64,000 nucleotides of DNA from Stegostoma tigrinum (taxonomy: Eukaryota), in assembly GCF_030684315.1 (NCBI RefSeq), contig NC_081387.1, forward strand, positions 20,208,678 to 20,272,677. The letters are read 5' to 3'. The translations under genes were made by a program, and so were the position numbers. This document shows, piece after piece, positions 36,153-48,067 of this stretch. Numbering within the stretch: the first letter of the stretch is position 1; every line of letters starts with the position of its first letter. The notes below the pieces were generated by a model. It saw only the letters and a list, made by a program, of their open reading frames with translations. It was not told where the DNA came from and did not search any database.

Positions 36153-38011
36153 CAACTCAATGATTTCTACTAGGCTTGGGTTGGAGAACAGAACCTTAAA
36201 CAGAGCATGCAAACACGTTGCTATTTGTAAAGAAAAGCTTTTATATGCATCGTTGTGCCTGTAAAATATAAACCCGACATAGGCAATCAATTGGCGTTAG
36301 TAAGAGAAGTATTAGATCCTACAGGATTCTGTTAGCTCAGAGCAGTAACGAGCATCTATAAGTCACGTTTATTTGAAGACCAAGCGACTTTCCATGAAGG
36401 TTCGGATTTAATCACATTACATCTGCATTTTGAGACTTCAAAGAGGATGAAATTTCAATGGGCGGAGCCCCTGAACAGATTGAACAGAAATTGTTTCAGG
36501 ATAGGATTCTCTGAAGGAACTTAAGAGTTGCTTCAGCAGCATTATTTCATGACGTGCTAAGGCCTCGGATAACAACTTTGGCAAGGGTGGCCAAACATAT
36601 CCCTCCTACTTGCCATCAACACTCGAGATATTGCAAGATGATAGTTCCACCCAGACTCATTTATAAACGTCCACAATGCCTTTGCAAGAACTTGGAATTA
36701 TTCGAATCAATAGCAGTTTCAGAGATGCTGATAAACAGGCTATGCTTTTAAGATGAGGCCGAGAGTAAGGTGCTGGGAAAAATATTTGTATAATTCGTTT
36801 TAACGGGAAATGAGTACATTCATGTACTTAACGCAAAAGGACAAAGACTTTGTAAAATTTCAATTTCGTTGGAATGCAATTTTAAATCAAAATGAGTGCA
36901 CACTATTTTAAAGCAATATTTACCTTCTTAGAATATCCTGGACATTTTAAGAATATTTCGTCTCGAGTCTTAATTGCTCTGAACATCTGAAAGATATATA
37001 TTCCTTACTGCACTCCCATCAGCTTAAATTTGCCAATTATTCAAGTGGCATAGTCAAGGATATCAACGTTGCTCAAACAAGAGCATAATAACATTAAAAA
37101 AAACCTATACGAATGTAAAAAAATTCACACAGGAGTAGGCCACTTGGTATGTCGAAGCTGCAAGGCCACTCAGGCACTCCACGTTCCTGCCTAACATATA
37201 ATCTTTGGCAATGTATAATCTTTGTTTATCAAGAGCCTGTTAATCTGTATTTTTTAAAAAAACACAATGCCTACGTTTTCCCTTCCATTGAAGAAGAGAT
37301 TAACAATGATTCCAGACACTCTATGAGAAAAAAAAGGTTCCCACGTCTGTTTTAAATGGGCGACCCCTTAAATAGTGATCCTAGTTCTAGATTCCCCAGC
37401 ATGTAGAAGCATCTATTCCGTGTCTACCCCGTCAAGACTTATGTATTTGAATCAAGCCGGCTCTTACTCAGCAATTAATACAAGCCTATAGACTTCTGAA
37501 CTTATTCTCATAAGAAAAGGAATACATTTCAGGAGTAGAACTAAGTCATGTGAAAACTTAAGCTGTTCTACACTTCAATACAATCATGAATTATCTGCTA
37601 CATTAACCACATTTTACCCTTTAGTAACCAGCCAACACGCTCGGAATGTGCGGATTTAGTAAGAAATTTGGTCAGTTAATTTTAGTTTCAAAAACAAAGG
37701 CAGAAGAACCCAGTAAATAGTTAACTAATTTTTGTGTAGCAAAAGCCTACAATTAATAAAGAGAGAATATACTCATCTAAAAAATTCATCAAACCTCTTG
37801 GATTGCTTCTAAGTGGCATAAGGAGGCTCTAAAAGTTTAAACGCTATGCATTATGTTAAATAGTTCTGAGCACAATGACAGTGTGGAAACATACATTGTC
37901 ACAAAAAAACATTTATTATTTTATTTTATTTTCTTGGAATAAGTTCAATCTCCAATATAGACTGTGATCTTGCACTTTATTGAGCTTCCTAAATCTATTT
38001 TTTTTTCATAG

Positions 38012-38034
38012 CTAGTGAAGGAATTCCCACATAA
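38012..38034 (+). CDS. Candidate terminal exon (ASEGIPT*)
   Basis: T9-CATAG acceptor, phase-1 compatible; alternatives exist (38636-38760, 36932 region). Confidence 0.3.
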
Positions 38035-40199
38035 TCCCTTTTCAGCCCTTTTCTGAATAATGGTTAAACATGTGTCAAGCTGCGGTATGCTCAGTTTCCA
38101 CAGAGATATTAACTGCTCTTGATTAAGCTAACGCTATTTGTCCTTTAACAACCTTCCTTTCAGTCTCTAATATACGCTGTCTCTGCCTCCATATCTAACC
38201 GTTTCTGTCAATTATCTCTTTCAAAAATAAATCTAGCATTTAGCATCAGCTGATGACTGCATGTGATGCATTTTATTTCAATGAAATTTTACCCTGCTGA
38301 GGCTATATACTTTCCCAGTGAGTTTTGTTCCCTGAATGTAAACAGGTCACATCATTTCTGCTTCCCTACATAGATCGTTGAAGCATTGCTAAACTTTCTG
38401 ACGACCAATTGTAATCGTCCATCCATAAATGTCCAGAGGGTAGTTAGCACTCAATTACGTTGATCTCGTTCGAGATCATGTGCAGACTAGACTATGGTGA
38501 AGATGGCATTTTCTTTCCTGATGGACATAAAGGAACAAAAGTTTTTTAAAAAAATAATTATGTTTAAATTAGACTAACTTCTTATTCCAGGCTTTTGTTT
38601 TTAACTGATCAGGTGATTTCCTCTTCTCTACATAGACATGCGTCATTGCAAACTTTTCCTTAAAAGGAGCTCCGCTTTCTCTAACACAATATCCATTGCT
38701 ATCCGCCTGTCAGTACACAACTTCACTGACGTTCATCATTTTAATCAACACCATGCGTGAATTTATTAGCTGAGCAATAAGCTGGCTTTATGAGACTTCA
38801 GCATTTTCTTTATTCGAGCTGCATTTGTTAAAAAAAACCCTGCTCCCAACCGAGCTGCTCTCTCGCGAAATTTGAAGGTGTACAATTGTCGGTCCAGTTA
38901 ACTGGACTTGTATGACTGGATGGAAGTTATGAAATCTGGCCTGGTGTAGTTTCAGGGTGGTGGCATGTTAAATAGACCAGATGTCTAGACAAGCACCCTT
39001 CCAACATTCAACGAGAAAACCCTCATAAACTGGAAAGTATCAGGTGCCAAAATGGACATCCCACACACTATATGTGAATAAGAGTAAATTGAGTTTGTTA
39101 AAAGTTCAGTCGACCACATTCCTACTTAGTCAACGCCATGATGCAGTTAGCGTGCTCTCATGGGTGTGCTTCAACAGCGAAATATTTTTCGCAGCTTTTA
39201 GAATGAGCTGCCTTTGGTCATCGGGAGTGCCTCAGCACCTACATGCACGCAGCACCCCCTTCATTCCTAACTGCTTTAAAATACTCAGTTCCCATTTTCG
39301 GAAGAGGGCAAGCCTTCATGATCAACCCCCCAAAAGTGCACCGCTCCAGAATCCACCTGCCTTCCTCGTGAACCTACCTCCAGTACTGGGAGCGCCCGTT
39401 ACTCGGTTCCGGCGTTACAAAAAACTGTTGGAGGTGGGCGTTTACTTGAATGGTGGGTCTCTGCAATGCATTTTTTATTGGAGGAGGTTTGTGTGGGAGT
39501 TGATGAACTGGGTTCCATAATTTTCTGGAAATTATTTTTACATTGTTTGTTCATCCTATTCTGTGTTATTTAAGCATCATTAGCCCTCACACAGCAGTGA
39601 GCCACAAATTATAATAAATATCAGTTTCATCAACGCACTTTCAAACGATCAACCATCATTCCTGTCTTTTAATCTCTATGGCAGTGAACAGTTAGCTAAC
39701 TGCTCTATCATTAATCATCTTTCTGACAATGTTCTCTGATTGCAATCGTGTTGAATTGATCTACTAAGTACCTCTTCTGTCTGCCAGTACAGTTTTTTTT
39801 GTTAAATGAAATCGGATTTTCTAAATGTATAGGTTGTTCTTGGCACTTGATCGCGCAAAATTTGCTGCTATTCCAGTAAAATACTTCATTGTTCGTCAAT
39901 CCAAGTCAATGTGTATATAACTATGAACTAAAATAGTAACATAATGTGGCAAGTGGAATGCAGCATGCATGGGCATACATTCAGACTAGGAAAATCTAAT
40001 GAACACCAACATTGTGGTACAATAATTTTCCCTGAAATGTTTAAGCGTGAGTATAGAACTGAACTGAAATCTATTAGTATGAGTGGGGAAAAAAGAGTAG
40101 TGTCGAGGAAATAATTGTGAGTAAAATGGGACATATATCCGCGAACAATCAATTTGACCTAGCGTGTTTTAAGAGATAGTTACAGCACTAATAGATGAA

Positions 40200-41845
40200 A
40201 TAGTAATTATCTTACAAAATTAGATCAATCCTGCAGTGTGATTTAGTTTGGAAACTTGCAATTGTAATCCCACTATTTAAGAAAGAGGGAGGGAGAAAGC
40301 CAGGGACTACATATCTGCAAGCATGCCGTCAGTTGGAGTAAACAAATTAAAATCGATTATTAATGATGTAACTGGTGGATATTTTGGAAATAATTGTGAA
40401 CAGAATCAACGAGAATTTATAAAGGGGGCTCAAGTTTGTCAAAGCACAACCTTTTCATTTGTTTGGAAGTTTCTCGCGAAATTCATATTGGATCTAGGAA
40501 ATGTATCGCGTCTGAATTTTCCAAACCTTCAATAATGTCCTAGAATTAGATTAGAAAACAAATTTAGAGTGCATGGGACGAGACAATATACGAAAATGTA
40601 TTCAGGATTAACAAACATAAATTAAAGAGTAACTTTAAACGGTACATTTTTAGGCTGGCAGGTTGTGTTAGTGAAGTAACAGAAGTGACAATGCTTTGGC
40701 CCAGCTGTACAAAGGCTATTTCAATGATTTGCCTGTGGGGACCAAATGCAACATTTCAAAGTTTGCAGATGATACAAAAGTGTGGTGATTTTGCGAATTT
40801 TGCGGAGATTTCAAAAAAAAAAACTTCAACAGAGGTTATATGGATAGACTGGATGATTCCCCTATGCTCCTATATTTTAAATACAGTCAATCAAGTCCTG
40901 CCACATGCATTTTTCTTTAAGCTGTATGCATATAGAATATAGGGCATAGGACAGTAAAGCCTTCAGCTCATCATGTGTGTGCTGACCATGAATCCATTTT
41001 AAATTAGTCCCATCTGCCTGCCGGATCCCTCTATATTCTAGCTGTTCACATCTCTGCATAAATGCCCCTTAAACATTGTTATGGCAAATAGTACAGCAGG
41101 TAGGAAATAAGAGGATAAGATATTGTTTTTGGTAGGCGGAACACAGGTGCAGAATTTTTTAATGGTCAGACATTCTAAAAGGTTGAATTCCCGAGGGACT
41201 TTTTTTTTGTAAATCGCTGAATGCTAACATGCAGATGCAGCAAGCAATTCGGAGAGCAAACGATATGCTCGACTTCATTGCAACTACATTTGCGGACAGC
41301 AGGAATGAACGTTTGCTTTAACTTCATAGGGCATTGTGGGCACCACATTTGGATTATTCTATGCAGTATGGTCCGTTTGCCGAAGGAGGGGTACACTTGC
41401 GATAGGTGGAATGTATGGGAGGTTCATCTGACTGATTCATTGGATGGTGGAACACGATTGTGTGTACTGGATCTTAGAAGAATAGAGGCAATCTCAAAGA
41501 ATGTGACAAAATTTCAAAGAGATTGACTAGGTCGAAGCAGAAAGTATTTTTCTCAGATTATTAGATCTAGAACCAAGGGTCACAGTCTCAACGTAAAAGG
41601 GAAGTCGTTTAGAGCTCAAGTGAGGAGAAATACTCAGGGATTGGTGAATCTGTGCAACATCCTGCCTCAGACAGAGTGGTAAAGTAGTTGATAAGTACGT
41701 TCAAGATAGAGAATGATAGATTTCTAGATATTAATGGCATCAAGAGATATGGAAATGCATGGGAATATGAGGTTGAGGATCATGATATAAAATGGGAGGA
41801 CATTCTATGGCTGAATGGCCCACTGCTTCCCCTATGCTCCTATAT
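40200..41845 (+). mobile_element. Old CR1 LINE (RT to 3' tail), interrupted at 40857-41086
   Basis: Degenerate SKFADDTK at ~40755-40780, RT C-terminal remnants and 3' tail at ~41780-41845. Confidence 0.65.
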
Positions 41846-42055
41846 TTTAAATACAGTCAATCAAGTCCTGCCACATGCAATTTCTTTAAGCTGTATGCAT
41901 ATAGAATATAGGGCATAGGACAGTAAAGCCTTCAGCTCATCATGTGTGTGCTGACCATGAATCCATTTTAAATTAGTCCCATCTGCCTGCCTGATCCCTC
42001 TATATTCTAGCTGTTCACATCTCTGCATAAATGCCCCTTAAACATTGTTATGGCA
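40857..42055. repeat. Near-identical ~230-bp direct repeat (40857-41086 and 41827-42055)
   Basis: Only ~3 differences seen by eye between copies. Confidence 0.92.
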
Positions 42056-44960
42056 TCAATATGCGCCATCTCACCTGATTGTGCATTCCTTGCACACACC
42101 ACGATCTGTGAAAAAGAGACTTGCCTTGTACATCTCCTTCAGTCTTTAACCATCTCAGCTTAAACTTATGGACTCTAAGTATTTGACATTTCTACTCAAG
42201 GGAACAAAACTCAGATTGTCCGCCTAATCCATGCCTCTTGCAATTTTATACATTTATATCAGGACGTCCTTCAGCCTCCAAAACGTAGCAGCATCAATCC
42301 AAGTTTGCCCAAGCTCACCTTAAAGCTAATATACTCCAATCCAGGAAACATCCTTGTAATCTTTTTTGCACTGTCTTAAAGCCTTTGCATCTTTTCTATA
42401 ATATGGTGATGAGAACTGTGGCTTAACTAAAGTTTTATACAACTGAAAATGACTTGCCAACTTTTATACTTGATGCCCCAACTGATGAAGGCAGCATGTC
42501 ATATGCCATCTTTACCACATTATCCACTTGTATTGCCACTTTGAAGGAAGTATAGACTTGTATCATAAAATCCCTCTGTATATCAATGCTCTAACAGTCA
42601 TGTCATTTATATATACTTTCCACGTGCATTTGTCCTCCTAAATGCATTGCTTCACAGTTCTGCAGATAAAACTCCATCTGGCATTCCTCTACCAAGCTTT
42701 CTAACTGATCTATATCCTGCTGCATCATTTCCAAATTATCCACAATTCCACCAATTTTCATATCATCTGTAAATTGACTAGTTAGACTATTTGCATTTTC
42801 ATTCAAATCACATATATAAAACAGCAGAGATCTCAGCTCTGATCCTTGACTGGTAACAGATCTCCAGCCTGAAGTACACGTCTCTACAACTACTCTCGGT
42901 TTTCTGTGACAAAGGTAATTTTGTATCCAACTTAACAACTTACCATGGATTTAAAGTGACTAGCCTACCAAGAGCAACTTTAACTGCTTTTTTAAAGTCC
43001 ATGGAGACAACTGCCCTCCCCTCATCAGCCATCTTCATCACTTCCTGAAAAAATCAAGAAGATTTGTGAGACAAGACCGCTACCCCCACACTCAAAGTCA
43101 TGCTGACTATCTCTGATAAGTGCATTCTTCTCCAAATGCATATAAATCCTGTCCCTATGAATCTTTTCCAATAATCTCTCAATTTCGGATGTAAAAGTCA
43201 CCAGTCTATAATTTCCCAGATGATCCCTGTTGTCCTTCTTAAACAATGAATCAACAACTGCTATTCTTCAGTCTTTTGGGACCTTATTTGAGAGTAAAGA
43301 GGGTGTAAATGTCTCTGTTGACACCACAGCAATCTCCTTCTTTGTCTCTCTCAGTCTCATGGGATAGATACCATCAGGCCCCAGGGAACTATCTATTTCA
43401 ATGTCTTTCAAGCCACGCAACAGGTCCGCCTTCTTAATATCATCATGCCCTAGAAATCAACATACCTGTCCCTAATGTGGCCGATTTCAATTTCCTTCTC
43501 CCTGGTGAATACTGAAGTGAAGTACGTGTGAAGGACTTCACCCACTTTCTCTGGCTCAGTGCATTAATTGTTCCTTTGTCCTGGACTAGACCTATACTTT
43601 CCTCAAGTGGACGCTTGCTCCTAATATACATGTAAAATACTTGGAATTCTTATTAGTCCTACATATCAAGGACATTTCATTGTCCCTTTTAACTTTCCTA
43701 ATTCCTTGCTTAATTTCTTCCCTGTTGCCTTCAAATTCCTCCAGGGAATTGTCTGATTTCAGCTTCCTAAACTTTACACTTACTTCTTTTTCATTTTTGA
43801 GTAAACTTTCGATATCGTTTGTCACCCAGGGTTTCCAAATCAAGCCATCCTCAGCTTTCATCCTCACATAAACCTGCTGTTCCTGAACTTTGATCAACAG
43901 GCCTTCATAAAAACATCCACATATCAGATGTAGATTTACCCTCAAGCAGCCACCCCAATCTAATTTCTCTACTTCCTGCTTAACTGTGTTGCAATTAGTC
44001 TTCTGTTAATTTAGCAGCTTCAACAAATACCAGTCTTATTCTTATCCATAACTATCTTAACGCTTACGCAATTATGAATACTGTTTCCAAAATTCCCCAC
44101 TGTTGAAGCTTTGATTACCTGGCCTGGTTCATTCTCCAGGGTATGATCTAGTGCAACCGCTTCTTTTGTTGGACTGTTGACATATTTACAAGAAACCCTC
44201 CTGGATGCGTCTAACAAATACTGCCCCATAGAAGTCCCTGATATGAAGGGAGACACAGTCGATATTGTGAAAGTTAAAATCTCCAACTATGACAACACTG
44301 TTGTTTTACACATTTCCATGACATGCATACATACCTATTCCTCTATTTTCCACAGGCTCTGTGGAGGCCTACTTATAATGCCCATCATAGTGATTGCACA
44401 TTTCTTATTCTGGAGTCCTACGCATATGTCTTTCCGGGATTGTCACTCCAAGATGCCCTCTCTTAGTGCAGATTTTTAACTCTCCTTAATCAACAATGCA
44501 ATTCCCCTATCCCTTTTACATTACTCCTTAAAATGCCTGAAACATTTCAACTTTGGAAAGCTGAGCTGCTAGTCCTGCCCTTCTCTCTGTGATGGCTGCA
44601 AAATCGTTCTTTGTATTAATCCAGGCACTAAGGTAATCTACCTTAACTGTTATACTCTTTGATTTGATTTGATTTATTATTGTCACATGTGCCAAAATAT
44701 GGGAAAAAGTATTGTTTTGCGTGGCAACCAGTAAAAAAATCATCACTTACATCAGTACATCAGGATAATAGAGTAGAATTTAACATAAATACAATTCAGA
44801 CTGTCACTTCCACGTGTTGATTAACCTGGCCCTATCTGACCTTCCTGATAGACTTATGTAACTTCTACCTTCTCCTCAATCACTCCACCTGCTACCTGCC
44901 TGCTTTGTTTCCCAACCCTTGCCTGAGCAGTTTGAACTCTCCCAAATTACATTAGCATAT
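41900..44960 (-). mobile_element. Decayed near-complete CR1 ORF2 (endonuclease + RT)
   Basis: SQFTDDMK (42603-42938), FKKDNRDHLGNYRLV (43025-43246), KPWVTNDIE (43592-43945), SPTKEAVALD (44020-44286); short L2-like tail insert ~44660-44790. Confidence 0.85.
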
Positions 44961-45214
44961 GGAGTATTAAATAATATTACATAGGCTTCCTCCAATTAGA
45001 GACACAGACTTAATTGATGCTTTCAACATAAAACATGTTATGAAATATTTTGCATCCTTCAACATTATGAACACTTGGTGAAAATTAATGGTCATGGTAG
45101 TGGGTGTGTTCATCGACAGTAAAGCCAATGGTGAGTGTGTTACTGCCATTTATAGGAGTGCCACCAACATGAAATCTCAATAACGCAATAAGATTTGGGG
45201 TTCAGGCCTAATCA

Positions 45215-45560
45215 TTGAATCCCTGCAATGCAGATAGATGTCATTCGTCCCATCCAGTCTGCACCAGCCCTCCAAAAAGCACCAACCCAGATGTTTTCCC
45301 CCTCACCACACCCACATCTATCCCCATAACTGCACATTTGCCATAGATAATCCACCTAGTCAATGTTCCCCTGGTAGTTACAAGGCAATTTAGCATGGCC
45401 AATCCACCTCAACTTTACTTCTTTGGACTGGGTGAGTTGAAACCCCCCCGAGATACAGGAAGAGCATGTAAATGCCACTCAAGCAGTCACACTGGTATGG
45501 GATCAGTCCCAGGTCCCTGGTGTTGTGAGACAGATGAGCTAACCACCGTGCCATCGTGCT
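45215..45560 (-). mobile_element. tRNA-derived SINE (HE1/V-SINE type)
   Basis: Colinear with other SINE copies; tRNA-like head GCACGGTGGTTAGCTC on minus strand. Confidence 0.75.
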
Positions 45561-46937
45561 GCTCGTACAAAGACAAGCTTCACTAAGACGAGTATCCCAC
45601 ATTTTCTCAATCAGACAAAACACCATTAAGGGCTAGTAAATCAGCAATTCAAGCTGCATCACAGTTGCTGGTGGTCTCTGGTGCCATATGAGTTTTAGTG
45701 ACAAACGTCTTCGAGCTTCCATATGAAATTATGCAGAGCACATCAACCAGAACTAGTCAGTGTGACACAGAAAAGTGGTTAGGGCTTTATTTAGGAGGTC
45801 AGGTTTGCAGGACCCTTGTCATTCATGTCATGACCCCTCAATTGGTTAAGTATTACCATTAGACTGTGTCCCCCAACCACTCCACAGACTTAGTCATCAG
45901 AATTCACCTTGCAATTTACTTAAATGGTATTGCATATGCTTCCTACTAGCTGAATAGTTGCCCTGGTGCGATCAAGCCTTTAAATTATCATGAGGTGGCC
46001 TTATAACAGTCCAACTGTTTGCGAAATAAGAAAGGTCCTCTACTTTCTATTTTCCTGTTACATTGTGCACCTCTTTGCCTCCCAGACCATCCCTGGGATA
46101 ACATTAAATTACATTCACTGTAGTTGTTGAATACTTTCTGAAAACAAACGTAATTGTGACAAAGGCCTTCAGAAATTAGTCATCACAAAAGACAATATAA
46201 TAACTTGTTTACTAGGTGATTCTAGTTTTCCTTGGCAATCACGTTTTACAATGTTATTATAAAATATAAGTTAACAGATGCACACGGACATTCTGATCCA
46301 AATCCTCCTGACCTACTATCCACCGCTAGAACATTTCACAGCTTCAGATATGCTTCATTGATTTTAACATGTTGTGGAAATTTCTAAGATTGTGAAATGC
46401 TTTTCTTCTTCTTTAAAGTTTACTGTAAATGATGATACGTTCAATTGACCATGGCTGTAAGTATATGTGTGCATTGCAGTAAGAACATACAGCATAACTA
46501 AAAAGCTAATTGCCAAAATCTTGGTTAAAAGCACTTACAAAAATATGCTTTGTAAATAGAAGGTTTATTCAATCCAAAATATCTGATATATGTCAAAATA
46601 CATTCGATAAATAACTCATTAACTTTAACTCTCCTTTGTCTAAAGCAGAATTGCCACAAAGGAAGAAAATGCGAAATCCTGTCCAGGAACAGGTAGATTG
46701 ATATTTCCCTATTTTGTTACACGTGTTCTCATGGATGATATAGGTCAAAACTTCACAGATATTTATGTGCAATTGAGTTAATTTAATCAATTTATGTAGT
46801 GGAAATTCATCAGTTAACACCACTGGAAAAACTATGAGAGATAATGGGAACTGCAGATGCTGGAGAATTCCAAGATAATAAAATGTGAGGCTGGATGAAC
46901 ACAGCAGGCCAAGCAGCATCTCAGGAGCACAAAAGCT

Positions 46938-46965
46938 GACGTTTCGGGCCTAGACCCTTCATCAG
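46938..46965 (-). ncRNA. Minimal hammerhead ribozyme motif
   Basis: Exact reverse complement of 48040-48067. Confidence 0.65.
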
Positions 46966-48039
46966 AGAGGGGGATGGGGAGAGGGAGCTGGAATAAATAG
47001 GGAGAGAGGGGGAGGCGGACCGAAGATGGAGAGTAAAGAAGATAGGTGGAGAGAGTATAGGTGGGGAGGTAGGGAGGGGATAGGTCAGTCCAGGGAAGAC
47101 GGACAGGTCAAGGAGGTGGGATGAGGTTAGTAGATAGCTGGGGGTGCGGCTTGGTGTGGGAGGAAGGGATGGGTGAGAGGAAGAACCGGTTAGGGAGGCA
47201 GAGACAGGTTGGACTGGTTTTGGGATGCAGTGGGTGGGGGGGAAGAGCTGGGCTGGTTGTGTGGTGCAGTGGGGGGAGGGGACGAACTAGGCTGGTTTAG
47301 GGATGCAGTAGGGGAAGGGGAGATTTTGAAACTGGTGAAGTCCACATTGATACCATATGGCTGCAGGGTTCACCTGCACATCTGCCAATGTGGTATACTG
47401 CATCAATTGTACCCGGTGCGGCTTCCTCTACATTGGGGAAACCAAGCAGAGGCTTGGATACCGCTTTGCAGAACACCTCCGCTCAGTTCGCAACAAACAA
47501 CTGCACCTCCCAGTCGCAAACCATTTCCACTCCCCCTCCCATTCTCTAGATGACATGTCCATCATGGGCCTCCTGCACTGCCACAATGATGCCACCCGAA
47601 GGTTGCAGGAACAGCAACTCATATTCCGCCTGGGAACCCTGCAGCCATATGGTATCAATGTGGACTTCACCAGTTTCAAAATCTCCCCTTCCCCTACTGC
47701 ATCCCTAAACCAGCCTAGTTCGTCTCCTCCCCCCACTGCACCACACAACCAGCCCAGCTCTTCCCCCCCACCCACTGCATCCCAAAACCAGTCCAACCTG
47801 TCTCTGCCTCCCTAACCGGTTCTTCCTCTCACCCATCCCTTCCTCCCACACCAAGCCGCACCCCCAGCTACCTACTAACCTCATCCCACCTCCTTGACCT
47901 GTCCATCTTCCCTGGACTGACCTATCCCCTCCCTACCTCCCCACCTATACTCTCTCCACCTATCTTCTTTACTCTCCATCTTCGGTCCGCCTCCCCCTCT
48001 CTCCCTATTTATTCCAGCTCCCTCTCCCCATCCCCCTCT

Positions 48040-48067
48040 CTGATGAAGGGTCTAGGCCCGAAACGTC
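48040..48067 (+). ncRNA. Minimal hammerhead ribozyme motif
   Basis: CTGATGA-A-GGGT CTAG GCCC-GAAAC-GTC; intact core, palindromic ACGT stem III, GUC cleavage triplet; stem I only ~2 bp. Confidence 0.65.

Noticed and set aside
37625-37670. Exon-like NQPTRSECADLVRNL (BAFF-R-like wording)
   Set aside because: Lacks the required cysteines and needs phase 2, incompatible with the exon 5 donor; in phase 1 it is only another short terminal candidate
47690-47800. Regularly spaced ~39-bp repeats (CRISPR-like periodicity)
   Set aside because: Tandem coding repeat in the PLE C-terminus with no unique spacers; eukaryotic context
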